A stretch of DNA of 64,000 nt from Vulcanimicrobiota bacterium (GCA_963812155.1 CAWETW010000002.1:256001-320000); one strand, 5' to 3'; positions 1-13,598 are shown, counted from the first letter of the stretch. Made by a program: numbers and translations. The notes: generated from the sequence alone by a model not told the origin.

Positions 1-1983
1 AACGAGAACCTCGTTGACGAGCGTCGACTTGCCGCTGCCGCTGACGCCCGTGACCGCACACAGCGCGCCGACCGGAAAGCCTACGTCGATACCGTCGACG
101 TTGTTGGCGCGCGCGTTGCGCACTTCGAGCCAACCGCGCGGCACGCGGCGCAGGCGCGGCACCGGAATGTACTTACGCCCCGACAGGTATGCGCCGGTTT
201 CGGACTGCGGGTTAGCGAGGATGTCGTCGAGCGTTCCGACGGTGAGAATCTCGCCGCCCTCGGCTCCCGCTCCGGGCCCGATGTCGACGATCACGTCGGC
301 GGTACGCATGGTATCCTCGTCGTGCTCGATGACGATCAGCGTGTTGCCGAGATCGCGCAGCGTCTTGAGCGTCGCGAGCAGCCGTCCGTTGTCGCGCTGG
401 TGCAGCCCGATCGACGGCTCGTCGAGGATGTAGAGCACGCCGACCAGCGCGCTGCCGATCTGGGTCGCCAGCCGGATGCGCTGCGATTCGCCGCCCGAGA
501 GCGTCGTCGCCGACCGGGCGAGCGTGAGGTACGTCAAGCCGACGTTCGTGAGAAATCCGAGCCGGGCGCGAATCTCTTTGACGATTTGATGCGCGATCTG
601 TTCCTGACGCGCCGTGAGCGTCAGGTCGGCGAAAAACCCCTCGAGACGTTCGACCGGAAGACGCGTGAGCGCGTCGATGTTTTCGCCGCCGACGGTCACC
701 GCCAAGGCTTCCGGTTTCAGACGCGCGCCTTTGCAGGCCTTGCACGTCGACGCCGACATGAATTTTTCGATCTCTTCCTTGACGTAATCGCTCGAGGTCT
801 CGCCGTACCGCCGCTGCAAGTTATTGACGACGCCCTCGAACGACGCGCGGTACTCCCACGTCTTGCCGGCACGCGACGTGTATGCGAACGTCTGCTCGTT
901 CTCGGTGCCGTAGAGAATCGTGTCGACGACGTCGTCCGGCATCGCGTCGATCGGCGTCGTCATCTTCAGACGATGTTTGCGCAGCACCCGTTCGAACTGT
1001 TGGAGGTAGTACGGATTCATTGAGGGATATCTGCCGGACCCTAGGTTCCGGCTCCACGGAACGATGGCGCCGTCGGCGATGGACTTGCTGCGATCCGGAA
1101 GCACCTTCCACGGATCGATCTCGATTTTCTCGCCCAAACCGCTGCACTCGGGACACGCGCCGTACGGCGAGTTGAACGAAAACAGCCGCGGCGCGAGTTC
1201 CTCGAACGACAGCCCGCAGTACACGCACGCGAACGCCTCGCTGAACGTCAGCTCGCGTTCGCCGGCGAGCACCGTGACGATGCCGGTCGAAAGGCGCAGC
1301 GTCGTCTCGACCGAGTCCGTCAAGCGCCCGCGCATGTCGGGCTTCATCACGAGCCGATCGACGACGATCTCGATCGTATGCTTGCGCTTCTTGTCGAGGA
1401 CGATCTTGTCGCGAAGTTCCTTGACCTCGCCGTCGACGCGCACCCGCGCGAAGCCCTCCTTGGCTGCCTCTTCGAACAGCTTCGAGTACTCGCCCTTGCG
1501 GCCGCGCACGAGCGGCGCGAGCAGCTGCAGACGCGTTCCTTCCGGCAGTTCCATAATCGAGTCCACGATCTGCTCGCTCGATTGGGTGCTGATTTCGCGA
1601 CCGCAGCGATAGCAGTGCGGCGTCCCGACGCGCGCGTAAAGCAGGCGAAGATAATCGTAGATCTCCGTCACCGTCCCGACGGTCGATCGCGGATTGCGTG
1701 AAGTGGATTTTTGATCGATGGAAATTGCCGGCGACAAGCCCTCGATGTAGTCGACGTCGGGCTTCTCCATCTGTCCGAGGAATTGCCGCGCGTACGAAGA
1801 GAGCGACTCGACGTAGCGCCGTTGCCCTTCCGCGTAGATCGTGTCGAAAGCCAGCGACGATTTTCCGGAACCGGAGAGGCCGGTCACGACGATGAGACGA
1901 TTGCGCGGCAGCACCAGGTCGACGTTCTTGAGATTGTGCTCGCGAGCGCCCTTGATGACGATCGAATCCAGCCCCGAAGCCAT
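1..1983 (-). CDS. uvrA: Excinuclease ABC subunit A (3' end runs off the window)
   Basis: Manual translation from ATG 1983 gives [22 protein letters not shown]..., Walker [10 protein letters not shown], Zn-finger Cys pairs, LSGGE signature and a second Walker A (GVSGSGKST) near base 30. The frame stays open to base 1. Confidence 0.97.
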   Translation of the reverse strand, partial: MASGLDSIVIKGAREHNLKNVDLVLPRNRLIVVTGLSGSGKSSLAFDTIYAEGQRRYVESLSSYARQFLGQMEKPDVDYIEGLSPAISIDQKSTSRNPRSTVGTVTEIYDYLRLLYARVGTPHCYRCGREISTQSSEQIVDSIMELPEGTRLQLLAPLVRGRKGEYSKLFEEAAKEGFARVRVDGEVKELRDKIVLDKKRKHTIEIVVDRLVMKPDMRGRLTDSVETTLRLSTGIVTVLAGERELTFSEAFACVYCGLSFEELAPRLFSFNSPYGACPECSGLGEKIEIDPWKVLPDRSKSIADGAIVPWSRNLGSGRYPSMNPYYLQQFERVLRKHRLKMTTPIDAMPDDVVDTILYGTENEQTFAYTSRAGKTWEYRASFEGVVNNLQRRYGETSSDYVKEEIEKFMSASTCKACKGARLKPEALAVTVGGENIDALTRLPVERLEGFFADLTLTARQEQIAHQIVKEIRARLGFLTNVGLTYLTLARSATTLSGGESQRIRLATQIGSALVGVLYILDEPSIGLHQRDNGRLLATLKTLRDLGNTLIVIEHDEDTMRTADVIVDIGPGAGAEGGEILTVGTLDDILANPQSETGAYLSGRKYIPVPRLRRVPRGWLEVRNARANNVDGIDVGFPVGALCAVTGVSGSGKSTLVNEVLV

Positions 1984-2035
1984 AGATTCTCAGAAACCTC
2001 CGAAGGGGTGAAGGTTACGCCGCAACGACGGGTCT

Positions 2036-2755
2036 TTACGGAAGCGCGAGCAGCGCCCGCCCGGCTTCCTCGAGGGTCGCGCACACGACGTCGGGCGGGG
2101 GTGCGCCCGGCGGCAAGGATTCACCTCGTACGTTCAGCCAGACCGTGAAGAGGCCGGCCTCGCGCGCGCCGCGTACGTCGCGCTCGTAGCGGTCGCCGAC
2201 CATCGCACCGTGCGAAGGCGACGCCCCCATCGTCGTGCAGGCGTGCGCGAACAGCAAGGGATCGGGCTTGAGCATACCGACTTCGTCGGCGATGAAAATC
2301 GCGTCGAAGAACTCGCCCAGACGCAGCAGCGAGATCTTTTCACGGTGCGTCTCCGAGAATCCGTTGGTCACCATGCCCAACCGTTTTCCCCGTGCGCGCA
2401 GCGAACGCAGCAGTTCGATCGCACCGGGGAACGGCACGTAACGCCGCTTTCGATAGTCGTTGTAGCGACCGGCGGAGCGTCGAGCGACGGCGGCGTCGGC
2501 GATGCCGACGCTTTCGAGCGCGCCGCTCCACAAGCGCTCGCGAACGCGCGCGAGTTCGACGCGCAAGGTGTCGGGCGCGAGCCGCTTCCAGAAACCCTCG
2601 GCGGCCGCAACGTAGGCGGCTTTCAGCTCGAGTGCGTCGATACCGTGCTCCGCGGCAATCTCGTGCGCTACTTCCTCGGCGGCACTCTGGTACGCGAGGG
2701 TGTCGTCGTGAAGCGTGTCGTCGAGGTCGAAGAGCACGATGTCGAGCCGGCGCAT
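2036..2755 (-). CDS. HAD-superfamily hydrolase
   Basis: Motif I FDLDDTL, VTNG, KPDP and MVGD...D. The start is trimmed to ATG 2755 inside the longer track ORF. Confidence 0.9.
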   Translation of the reverse strand: MRRLDIVLFDLDDTLHDDTLAYQSAAEEVAHEIAAEHGIDALELKAAYVAAAEGFWKRLAPDTLRVELARVRERLWSGALESVGIADAAVARRSAGRYNDYRKRRYVPFPGAIELLRSLRARGKRLGMVTNGFSETHREKISLLRLGEFFDAIFIADEVGMLKPDPLLFAHACTTMGASPSHGAMVGDRYERDVRGAREAGLFTVWLNVRGESLPPGAPPPDVVCATLEEAGRALLALP

Positions 2756-2769
2756 GAACGGCGAGCGAA

Positions 2770-3555
2770 CTACGGGATGTGCGGAAGGTGTTGCAGCAGC
2801 ATGATCCACCCATCGTCGGAGATGCGCACCGATCCGTCGAACGGCGAATCGAACTCGGAGATGACGATGAACAGAATCGCGATCAGCCCCGCCAGAATCG
2901 CTGTCATCACGAGCTGTGCGCCGCGGTTTTCGACGCCGAAGAGAAAAGCGAACGACAGCATCGCAAGCGCTCCGGACACCAGCGCGAACCAAAGCACCAT
3001 CGGCACCGACGGAGCGTCCTGAATCAGCCGGAGCCGGCGGGCATCGAACAGGCGCTCCACCTGCGTCATCGCCGCCTGCTGCACGTCTGCATCGCCCGCA
3101 CCGTGCGGCTTGTACGTATTGATCTCGTGCGCGAGGTCCTCGAGCACGATCAAATCTTTCGGCACGTTGATGCGCAGCGACATCTGCGGCCATTCGGTTT
3201 GCACGACGCCGTTCGCGTACGAGATTAGTTGACGGCGGACCACGGAACGTGCCGGTTCGGCCAGGCCTCCGGCAACGCGGTAGAGATCGGAAACGGCTGC
3301 AATTTCCGTGTCGACCGTGGAGACGGTCGCGTCGTACTTCTCCCATACCACCACGACGACGAATCCCAGCACGACGGCGTAAATAACGCCCACCGCCGAG
3401 AAAAGAAAGCCCGCGACGTCGTTGTGCTTTCGCAACATTTCGCTGCGGAAGCGGCGCTGCCACATTGCGTGCAAAACGACCGTAACGGTGACGACCAGGG
3501 CGATGATGAGAATTTCGCCGACTGCTTCCGACATCTCGTACGAGGTATGCGTCAT
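2770..3555 (-). CDS. DUF4239-like membrane protein
   Basis: 261 aa with ~4 TM segments, HNDVAGF..VGVIYAVVLGFVVVVVWE and C-terminal DSPFDG. Confidence 0.75.
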   Translation of the reverse strand: MTHTSYEMSEAVGEILIIALVVTVTVVLHAMWQRRFRSEMLRKHNDVAGFLFSAVGVIYAVVLGFVVVVVWEKYDATVSTVDTEIAAVSDLYRVAGGLAEPARSVVRRQLISYANGVVQTEWPQMSLRINVPKDLIVLEDLAHEINTYKPHGAGDADVQQAAMTQVERLFDARRLRLIQDAPSVPMVLWFALVSGALAMLSFAFLFGVENRGAQLVMTAILAGLIAILFIVISEFDSPFDGSVRISDDGWIMLLQHLPHIP

Positions 3556-3591
3556 GCCGCCGGCATATCCTCGCCGCGGCCCGTCACGCGC

Positions 3592-5637
3592 TTACGTTCC
3601 GACGAGGTCGGCGAGCGCGCGGCCGAAGATCTTCGGAGCTTTGCCTCCGAAAAGAATTCCTTCGTTCCCGCCGATTTGTTTTCGCAGTTCGATCAGCTCG
3701 TCGCGCAGCGCGGCCGCCTTTTCGAACTCCAGATTCGCCGCGAGTTCGCGCATTTTGCGCTCCAGGTCGGCGGCCGTCTTCAACGCGACCTCGCGCGGGA
3801 GCTTATCGTATTTGAATTTCTCGGCGTTCTCGGCGGTCGCGCCGACGAGGCTCAAGATGTCGTGCACTTCCTTACGGATCGACGTAGGTTCGATGCCGTG
3901 CTCGAGGTTGTAGGCGATCTGCCGCTCGCGGCGCCGGCGCGTTTCACCGATGGCGCGTGCCATCGACTCGGTCACGCCGTCGGCGTACATCAGCACTTTC
4001 CCTTCGACGTGCCGCGCCGCGCGGCCGATCGTTTGAATGAGCGACGTCCCGCTGCGCAGGTATCCTTCCTTGTCGGCATCCAGGATGCCGACCAGCGAGA
4101 CTTCGGGCAGATCTAACCCTTCGCGTAAAAGATTGATGCCGACCAAGACGTCGAATACGCCCATGCGCAAATCGCGGAGAATTGCCACGCGCTCGAGCGT
4201 ATCCACTTCGCTGTGCAGGTAGCGAGCGCGCAATCCCATCTCGAGCAAGAAATCGGTCAGGTCTTCGGCCATTTTTTTCGTGAGCGTCGTCACGAGAACG
4301 CGCTCTCCGCGGTCGACGCGCAGCCGTATCTCCTCCATCAAATCGTCGATTTGGTTGCGCGTCGGACGCACCTCGACTTCGGGATCCACCAGCCCGGTTG
4401 GACGGATGATCATCTCGACGACCTGAGCACTGCGCTGCAATTCGTACGCGGCGGGCGTCGCCGAAACGTAGACCGCCTGCGGAACGTGCTCGTCGAACTC
4501 GGCATACGTCAGCGGGCGATTGTCGAGCGCACTCGGCAGCCGGAAGCCGTGCTCGACCAGCACTTCCTTGCGCGAGCGGTCGCCGGCGTACATTCCGCGC
4601 ACCTGCGGCAGCGTCACGTGCGACTCGTCGACGAAGAGCAGCCACTCCTTGGGAAAGAAATCGATCAGGCACCACGGCGTGGATCCGGGTTCGCGGCCGG
4701 TCAGGTGCCGCGCGTAGTTTTCGATGCCGTTGCAGTAGCCGACTTCGCGCAGCATGTCGAGGTCGTAGCGCGTGCGCATTTCGAGACGTTGCGCTTCCAA
4801 CAGTTTTCCGTGCTCGCGGAAGTAGCCTAAGCGCTCCTCGAGTTCGACCTCGATGGATACGATCGCGTGGTGCAGTTTTTCCTCGGGCGTAATGAAATGT
4901 TTGGCCGGAAAGATCAAGAGTTCGCTCTTGCTTTCGACATACTCGCCCGTGAGAATGTTTACCACGCTGATCGATTCGACGTCGTCGCCGAAGAATTCGA
5001 TTCGATGCACGAGCTCCTCGTCGACGCCCACGTACTCCAACACGTCGCCGCGTACGCGGAACGTGCCGCGCACCAGATTGATGTCGTTGCGGCGGTACTG
5101 CATGTCCACGAGCCGGCGCAGCAGCACGTCGCGATCCATCGTGTCGCCGACGCGCAGGCGGGCAGACATCTCGACGTAATCCGACGGCGAGCCCAAACCG
5201 AAAATGCACGAGACCGAGGCGACGATCAGCGTATCCGGCCGGGTGAGCAGCGACTGCGTGGCGGAGTGCCGCAGCCGTTCGATCTCGTCGTTGACCGAAC
5301 TGTCCTTCTCGATGTACGTGTCGGTCGACGCCACGTATGCCTCGGGCTGGTAGTAATCGAAGTACGAAACGAAATACTCGACGGCGTTCTTGGGGAAGAA
5401 TTCGCGGAACTCGGCGCAGAGCTGAGCGGCAAGCGTCTTGTTGTGACAGAGCACCAGCGTCGGTTTCTGCACCAGCTCGACCGTGCGCGCCATCGCCATC
5501 GTCTTGCCGCTGCCGGTGACGCCGAGCAGGGTCTGGTACCGATCGCCGCCGCGGACGCCTCGGGCCAACGCCTCGGTTGCCTTCGGCTGATCGCCGGCGA
5601 GGGCGAACGGCGAAACCAACTCGAATTTCTGCGCCAT
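3592..5637 (-). CDS. uvrB: Excinuclease ABC subunit B
   Basis: [40 protein letters not shown], and a C-terminal UVR coil FEKAAALRD. Confidence 0.98.
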   Translation of the reverse strand: MAQKFELVSPFALAGDQPKATEALARGVRGGDRYQTLLGVTGSGKTMAMARTVELVQKPTLVLCHNKTLAAQLCAEFREFFPKNAVEYFVSYFDYYQPEAYVASTDTYIEKDSSVNDEIERLRHSATQSLLTRPDTLIVASVSCIFGLGSPSDYVEMSARLRVGDTMDRDVLLRRLVDMQYRRNDINLVRGTFRVRGDVLEYVGVDEELVHRIEFFGDDVESISVVNILTGEYVESKSELLIFPAKHFITPEEKLHHAIVSIEVELEERLGYFREHGKLLEAQRLEMRTRYDLDMLREVGYCNGIENYARHLTGREPGSTPWCLIDFFPKEWLLFVDESHVTLPQVRGMYAGDRSRKEVLVEHGFRLPSALDNRPLTYAEFDEHVPQAVYVSATPAAYELQRSAQVVEMIIRPTGLVDPEVEVRPTRNQIDDLMEEIRLRVDRGERVLVTTLTKKMAEDLTDFLLEMGLRARYLHSEVDTLERVAILRDLRMGVFDVLVGINLLREGLDLPEVSLVGILDADKEGYLRSGTSLIQTIGRAARHVEGKVLMYADGVTESMARAIGETRRRRERQIAYNLEHGIEPTSIRKEVHDILSLVGATAENAEKFKYDKLPREVALKTAADLERKMRELAANLEFEKAAALRDELIELRKQIGGNEGILFGGKAPKIFGRALADLVGT

Positions 5638-5763
5638 ATTCGTCCCAAACAGCCCTTCCGGTCGCCGAGGTTGCCGCGCCGGGTATCCCCGCTCGGCCAT
5701 ACCGAGGAAGCGCGGGCTTCTCGCGTGAACACCAGCCCTCCGCCTACGGGGAGAAACGACACG

Positions 5764-6780
5764 TTGAGCCAGCCTCCGCTCATTTTCAGCGGAAACTCCA
5801 ACCCGCACCTTGCCGACGAGATAGCCAAGCGTCTCAAACTGCACGTCGGTAAGGCGCTGGTCGCCGAATTCAAGAACGAGGAGACGCGCGTCGAGATCGG
5901 CGAGAACGTGCGCGGCTCCGAGGTCTTCGTCGTGCAGTCCATCTGCCGAACGCCCGAAGGCAAGAGCGTCAACGACGCGCTCATGGAACTGCTGCTCATG
6001 ATCGACGCGCTGCGCCGCGCGTCGGCAGCGCGCATCACCGCCGTCATCCCGTATTACGGTTACGCCAAGCAGGACAAGAAAACCAAAGGCCGCGAGCCGA
6101 TCTCGGCCAAGGTCGTCGCCAACCTGCTGAAGGTGACCGGCTCGAAGCGCATCGTGACGATGGACTTGCACGCCGCGCAGATTCAGGGTTTCTTCGACAT
6201 TCCGGTCGACAATCTGATGGCGATGCCGGTGCTCTGCAACTACTTGAAAAAGGAAGGCCTCTACGACGATAAGATCGTCGTCGTCTCGCCCGATGCAGGC
6301 GGCGTGCACCGCGCCGAGATCTTCGCCAAGCGGCTCAACTGTTCGCTCGCGATCGTTTTCAAGCGGCGTCCGGAGCCTGACGTCTCCGAAGTCACGGACA
6401 TCGTCGGCGACGTAACCGGCAAAATCGCGGTCATCGTCGACGACATGATTTCGACTGGCGGCACGCTCGCGAACGCGGCCGAGGCGATCAAGGCGCGCGG
6501 CGCAACGCAGGTGTACACCGTCGCCTCGCACGGCATCTTCGCCGGCGATGCCGTCGGCGTGCTCGAACATTCCGACATCGAAAAAGTGATCGTCACGAAC
6601 ACGATGCCGCTGGAGAACGTCGAACGCCATCCGAAGTTCGTGCAACTCTCGATCGCCCAAACGTTCGCGGATACGATCAGCCGCATCACGACCAACCGTT
6701 CGGTGTCGGAACTCTTTGCCGGCGACGAAACGCCCAAACTCGATCGCCCGGTTCTCGTGCCGGAAGCGGTCGTGGGCTGA
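5764..6780 (+). CDS. prs: Ribose-phosphate pyrophosphokinase
   Basis: [30 protein letters not shown] and [13 protein letters not shown] start follows a GGAG. Confidence 0.96.
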   Translation: MSQPPLIFSGNSNPHLADEIAKRLKLHVGKALVAEFKNEETRVEIGENVRGSEVFVVQSICRTPEGKSVNDALMELLLMIDALRRASAARITAVIPYYGYAKQDKKTKGREPISAKVVANLLKVTGSKRIVTMDLHAAQIQGFFDIPVDNLMAMPVLCNYLKKEGLYDDKIVVVSPDAGGVHRAEIFAKRLNCSLAIVFKRRPEPDVSEVTDIVGDVTGKIAVIVDDMISTGGTLANAAEAIKARGATQVYTVASHGIFAGDAVGVLEHSDIEKVIVTNTMPLENVERHPKFVQLSIAQTFADTISRITTNRSVSELFAGDETPKLDRPVLVPEAVVG

Positions 6781-6807
6781 ACTTCAACCATTTTCGAAAG
6801 GTAGACC

Positions 6808-7464
6808 ATGCCCGCTAAAGAGCTGAAGCTCTCGATCGAATCTCGCGCCAAGACCGGCACGACCGGTGCCAACGCGCTGCGCCGCGCCGGAAAGATTCCG
6901 GTGGTGCTCTACGGCCACGGGGCCGCGCCCGAACACGGCGCCGTCGACGCCCACGCTTTCGAAGAGCTGCTCCATCACGGCGGCCGCAACGCGATCATCA
7001 CGCTGAGCGGCGGCGAGAAACGCGGCGAAACCGCGCTCGTGCGCGCCGTGCAGTACCATCCCGTTTCGCGAAGCGTCCTGCACGCCGACCTGCAACGGGT
7101 CTCGGCGCGTGAAACGATCACCGCGACGCTTCCGGTGGTAACGGTCGGCGTCGCGCGCGGCATTCGCGACTCCGGCGGCGTGATGGACGTCGTAACGCAC
7201 CAACTCGAAATCGAAGGACCCGCCGGCAGCATTCCCGAGCACATCGAAATCGACGTGACGGAACTCGACCTGCACGACCACGTGACCGCGGGCGACGTCA
7301 CGCTGCCCGAAGGATTCAAAATGGTGACGCCGGCCGACACGATCGTCGTTTCGATCGAGCCGTCGCGCACGGAACGCGAACTCGAAGAGGCGGCCGCGGG
7401 CCCGGGAGAAGCGCCCGAACCCGAAGTCATCGGCGAGACGCCTTCACCCGAAAAGGAGCAATAG
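6808..7464 (+). CDS. rplY: 50S ribosomal protein L25/general stress protein Ctc
   Basis: LRRAGKIPVVLYG, QYHPV..LHAD and an acidic C-terminal tail; prs-rplY-pth synteny. Confidence 0.95.
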   Translation: MPAKELKLSIESRAKTGTTGANALRRAGKIPVVLYGHGAAPEHGAVDAHAFEELLHHGGRNAIITLSGGEKRGETALVRAVQYHPVSRSVLHADLQRVSARETITATLPVVTVGVARGIRDSGGVMDVVTHQLEIEGPAGSIPEHIEIDVTELDLHDHVTAGDVTLPEGFKMVTPADTIVVSIEPSRTERELEEAAAGPGEAPEPEVIGETPSPEKEQ

Positions 7465-7467
7465 TTT

Positions 7468-8049
7468 CTGGCCGATCAAGGGGCGCGGCTCGTCGTCGGC
7501 TTGGGGAATCCCGGACACGAGTACGCGCAGACGCGGCACAACGCCGGCTTCATGGTGGTCGACGAGGTCGCGCGGCGCCACGGCGTGACGTCCTGGAGAA
7601 AGAAAGACAGCGCCGAGCAGGCCTACGATTCGGTTCGGCGCGTCGTGTTCGTGAAGCCGATCTCGTTCATGAACTTGAGCGGCACGCCGGTGCGGCTGAT
7701 TTCGTCGTGGTATCGCACGCCGGCCGAAGACGTGCTCGTCGTCGTCGACGAGATGGACTTGCCGTTCGGCAAACTTCGCATGCGCCCGTTCGGCGGCCAC
7801 GGCGGCCATAACGGGCTGCGATCGGTGATCGCCACGATCGGCGACGGATTCCCGCGCTTGCGCGTCGGCGTGGGACGTCCGCAGGACGACTCCATCGATC
7901 ACGTGTTGGGAACGTTCGACCAAGCCGAACGGCGCGACGTGCCCGCGATCCTTTCCGCCGCAGCCGATGCCGTCGAACTCTGGCTCGGCGACGGCCTCGA
8001 CGCGGCGATGCGCTTTGCGAATACCTGGGAAGCTACGGACAGCCGCTAG
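7468..8049 (+). CDS. pth: Peptidyl-tRNA hydrolase (probable CTG start)
   Basis: LVVGLGNPG..Y..TRHNAGF, FMNLSG and GGHNGL. The conserved N-terminal strand lies upstream of the track's TTG 7501. Confidence 0.93.
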   Translation: MADQGARLVVGLGNPGHEYAQTRHNAGFMVVDEVARRHGVTSWRKKDSAEQAYDSVRRVVFVKPISFMNLSGTPVRLISSWYRTPAEDVLVVVDEMDLPFGKLRMRPFGGHGGHNGLRSVIATIGDGFPRLRVGVGRPQDDSIDHVLGTFDQAERRDVPAILSAAADAVELWLGDGLDAAMRFANTWEATDSR

Positions 8050-9298
8050 GCACGCCGTTGATGGCTTCGGCGCGCACCGCCGGACTGGGATGCGCGTCGA
8101 GGAACAGATGCGGTAGAAATTCCGGACAGACTTCCTGCGTCCGGCGGTCGGCCGCGCGCACGATCGCGCGAACCGCAGCGGGCCGGTCGGCCGTCAACGA
8201 GAGCGCATAGCCATCGGCAGCCACGTCGTAGGATCGCAGCGCCGCGTTGCGCACCGGCACCGCGACGATGTAGACGATCGCCAACAGCGCGCCGACCAGT
8301 GCCAAGCGCGAGAGCGGGTCGTCGTCGCGCCGAAAACCGATGCGATCGGCCAGTACGATGGCCAGCGCCGAAAAAACGATGATGATGCCGCCTTCGATCA
8401 GCGCGAAGAACAGCGGATCGGCATGGAGCGAGTGGCCGATTTCGTAGGTAACCACGTAGACGATCTCCGGAATCGTGCTGCCCGCGACGAGCGAACTCGT
8501 CAACACCACGCGCCGGAACGGGCCGAGGCCCACCACGACCGCATCGGGCAGCGACGACGTCCGGCTCCGCCGGACGAGCACGGGTACGGGAGGCACGCGG
8601 CCGCGCGCGAGCGTCGTCTCGATGCCCTGGCGGATCGCGCCGCCCGCCGGTTGCAAGCCCCACGCGCCGGGAACCTCGAAAAGCGGGCTCGCATACGACC
8701 AGGCGAGGCTCGCGCCCAAAACGATCACGACGGTGTAGGCGTACCACTGGTGCGTTCGATCGACGAGCCATAACACGACCGCAACGATGATGCCCGCGAC
8801 GATCATGGCGAGGATCGTATGAAAGATCCAATACGCCGCCCAGACGCGCGTCAGCTCGGGAGAGAGTCCCATCGCACGTTCGACGCGGTAGAGGTAGAAC
8901 GCGGGAAGCAATGCCGCCACGCGAGCGATCAGCGCGAGCGTCGCGCCGAATACGAAACGCACCGTCGCCTCGCCGGCAATGCGCCGGCGCAACCGGTCGC
9001 GCATCGTTGCGGCCGCGCCGGAACTCCAGAAATACGCCAGTGCCGCCGCTTCGAAGAGGGCCGCCAGCAGCCAGCCGGGCAGCGTCATCTGCGCGCGCCG
9101 CCGCGCTGCGGCTTGCCGGTCGGGATCGACCAGCGCGATGACCGGCTGCGTCGTCAACGCGTGCTGCGAGATCTCGTCGACGCGCCGGTCGAGTTCGTTC
9201 GGGGCTTGCGATGCGGCCGAGCCGAACGCGAACGCCGCGGAGAACAGCGTCACCGCGAGCAGCGCGGCTCGGACGATCCGCCGAAACTCGAACGGCAT
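8033..9298 (-). CDS. M48 (Ste24/HtpX-like) membrane peptidase homolog with a degenerate Zn site
   Basis: Multi-TM protein with VVGLGPFRRVVL, YEIGH in place of HExGH, and C-terminal HPSPAVR. Confidence 0.75.
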   Translation of the reverse strand: MPFEFRRIVRAALLAVTLFSAAFAFGSAASQAPNELDRRVDEISQHALTTQPVIALVDPDRQAAARRRAQMTLPGWLLAALFEAAALAYFWSSGAAATMRDRLRRRIAGEATVRFVFGATLALIARVAALLPAFYLYRVERAMGLSPELTRVWAAYWIFHTILAMIVAGIIVAVVLWLVDRTHQWYAYTVVIVLGASLAWSYASPLFEVPGAWGLQPAGGAIRQGIETTLARGRVPPVPVLVRRSRTSSLPDAVVVGLGPFRRVVLTSSLVAGSTIPEIVYVVTYEIGHSLHADPLFFALIEGGIIIVFSALAIVLADRIGFRRDDDPLSRLALVGALLAIVYIVAVPVRNAALRSYDVAADGYALSLTADRPAAVRAIVRAADRRTQEVCPEFLPHLFLDAHPSPAVRAEAINGVPSGCP

Positions 9299-9319
9299 CG
9301 CAAATGGGTTCGCGATGGC

Positions 9320-10366
9320 CTACGGGCGGCCTCCGGCCCGAAGCGTCGCATAGACGCCTGGCGACGCGGCGAACGAAACCCGATCGCGCCCACTGCGCTT
9401 GCTGCAATACATCGCTGCATCCGCGACGTCGAGCAAGGCGTTTGCGGTCGCCGCATCGTGCGGGAATGCGGCGACGCCGACGCTCGCGGTCACGCGCACC
9501 GGCACGCCGAAGTCGCCGCCGCGCACGGCGTCGCAGAACGCCTGCGCGCGCTCGATGGCGCGCCGTTTTTCCGTCACCCGCAGCAGCGCGCAGAATTCGT
9601 CGCCGCCGTGGCGCGCCGCCACATCGAGCCCGGCGACGAGATGGCCGTCGAGAAGCGACGCGACGCGCTGCAGCACGCCGTCGCCCGCGCGGTGTCCAAA
9701 GCGATCGTTGACCTCCTTGAAGCAGTCGGTATCCGCGTACCATAGGCAAAACGTGCGGCCGCCGCTCCCGGCGCGAGACGTTTCTTCGGCAAGGCGGTGC
9801 CGAAAGGCGCGCGCCGAGAGTAAGCCCGTCAGCGGATCGCGCGCCGCATCGTCGCGATCCGTCTCGCGCTCCAGCGCGACGGCATAGGGCGCGGCGGCTC
9901 GTTCGATGACGGACACGATTGCGTCGCAGGCGCTGCCTTCGAGCACCTGCGGCGAGGCGGCATACACCACGCTCGAGAGCGTTCCCCCGGCGGCCAGCGG
10001 CACTGCAATCGCGAAACGGTCGGTCGGCGCAATCGCTTCTCCGCCCGTCGCGAGCGCGGCACGGCAGCCGGTTTGCGCGGCGAGCGCCGGAAGGCGCCGC
10101 GCATCGTCGCGCCGCAGACGAACGCCGCTCAGGTACGCGGCTCTCGCGCCGGCGGCATAGACGCACGCGAGATCCTCACCGCACGGATGGAAAATGAGCA
10201 GCACGTCGACGCGCGCATCCACCGCGCGAAGCGTGCTTTGCAGCCGTTCGACCACCGCGGCGCTCGACCGCAGCGATGCATCCGAAAACGCGCCGGCGGC
10301 ATCGAGGAGCCGGTGCATTCGACGGGTCTCCGCGTGCGCGCGCCGGAGCTCTCGCAATCGCCACAC
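9320..10366 (-). CDS. Diguanylate cyclase (GAF-like N-terminus + GGDEF)
   Basis: DPLTGL, DTDCFKEVNDRFGH..GD, RHGGDEF, and ADAAMY..K..GRD. Confidence 0.9.
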   Translation of the reverse strand: MWRLRELRRAHAETRRMHRLLDAAGAFSDASLRSSAAVVERLQSTLRAVDARVDVLLIFHPCGEDLACVYAAGARAAYLSGVRLRRDDARRLPALAAQTGCRAALATGGEAIAPTDRFAIAVPLAAGGTLSSVVYAASPQVLEGSACDAIVSVIERAAAPYAVALERETDRDDAARDPLTGLLSARAFRHRLAEETSRAGSGGRTFCLWYADTDCFKEVNDRFGHRAGDGVLQRVASLLDGHLVAGLDVAARHGGDEFCALLRVTEKRRAIERAQAFCDAVRGGDFGVPVRVTASVGVAAFPHDAATANALLDVADAAMYCSKRSGRDRVSFAASPGVYATLRAGGRP

Positions 10367-10395
10367 GGGTGGATAGTGCCCGCGTCGTGCGTACC

Positions 10396-11729
10396 CTACT
10401 TTTTCGGTAAAGGACGGGCCGGATTGCCGGCGACGCGTTCGCCCGGCGCGACGTCACGCGTCACGACCGAACCGGCTCCGGTCAGCGCGCCGTCACCGAT
10501 CGAGACGGGAGCCACCAGCGAAGAGTTCGAGCCGATGAAGACGTCGCTGCCGACGATCGTCTCGTTCTTGTTTTCGCCGTCGTAGTTGCACGTGATCGTT
10601 CCGGCGCCGATGTTGGTTTCGCTGCCGATAATCGCATCGCCGAGATAACTCAGATGCGAGGCTTTCACGCCGGCGTCGAGCCGCGATTTCTTGATTTCGA
10701 CGAAGTTGCCGACCCGCACGTTCTCACCGAGCGTGGAGTCGCCGCGCAGGTGAGCGTAGGGGCCGATCGTCGTGCCCGCGCCGATCGTTGCATCGATAAC
10801 GACGCTTTCGCGGACCGTGACGCCGGAGCCGAGGACGGCATTAGAGATGCGGGTGTTGGGCCCGATCGTACACGCTTCGCCGATCTCGCTCAAGCGCGAG
10901 ATCGCCGTATTCGGATAGACGACGGTATCGGGACCGATGCGCAGTTCGGGCTCGAGATACGTCGTCGCCGGATCGACGATCGTTACGCCGGCCAACATGT
11001 AGCGGTCGCACAAGCGCGCGTTCATCTCGCGCCGCGCTCGCGCGAGGTCCGAGCGGTCGTTAATGCCGATTGCATCCAGCGGACGCGGCGACGCGACCGG
11101 GTGAACGCGCTTGCCGCGCGTCACGAAATAGCCGACGGCGTCGGTGAGATAGTATTCGCCTTGCGCGTTATCGCTGCGCAGATTGGCGACCGCCTCGCGC
11201 AGGTCGGGCTCGCGGAACGCGTAGATGCCCGCGTTCATCTCGTCGATCTGCATTTCCGCGGGCGTCGCGTCGCGAGCTTCGACGATGCGCGCTACGCCGG
11301 CTTCGTCGCGCACGATGCGCCCGAAGCTCGAGGGCAGACCGAGCTTGACCGTCACGAGGGCCATCGCAGACTCGCCGCCGGCACGTTCGAGTGCCGATGC
11401 AACCGCGACGAACGCATCTTCGGAAATGAGCGGCATGTCGCCGTAGACGACGAGGATTAGGCCGTCGCGAAGCGCTAGCGACTCGAGCGCCACCTGCACC
11501 GCGTCGCCGGTGCCGCGCTGCTCCGGCTGCACCACGCCCTCGACGCCGAATTCACCGATGCGCTCTTGCAGTTCGGCATTCGTGACGACCAAGATGTCGG
11601 CAATGCCCGCGCGGCGCAACGCCTCGATGACGAACCACAGCATCGGGCGCCCGCACAGTTCGTGCAGCACCTTCGAGCGCGCGCTCTTCATGCGCGTGCC
11701 CTTTCCGGCGGCCAGCAAAATCGCTCGCA

Positions 11730-11730
<1 letters not shown>
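10396..11730 (-). CDS. glmU: Bifunctional UDP-GlcNAc pyrophosphorylase/glucosamine-1-P acetyltransferase
   Basis: LAAGKGTRMKS, EYYLTD, hexapeptide repeats, GNFVEIK, HLSYLGD and TCNYDG. The ATG overlaps the gltX TGA. Confidence 0.97.

Positions 11731-13598
<1,868 letters not shown>

Noticed and set aside
1984..5763. LexA/SOS boxes upstream of uvrA or uvrB
   Set aside because: No GAAC-N4-GTTC or CTG-N10-CAG site was recognised in 1984-2035 or 5638-5763.
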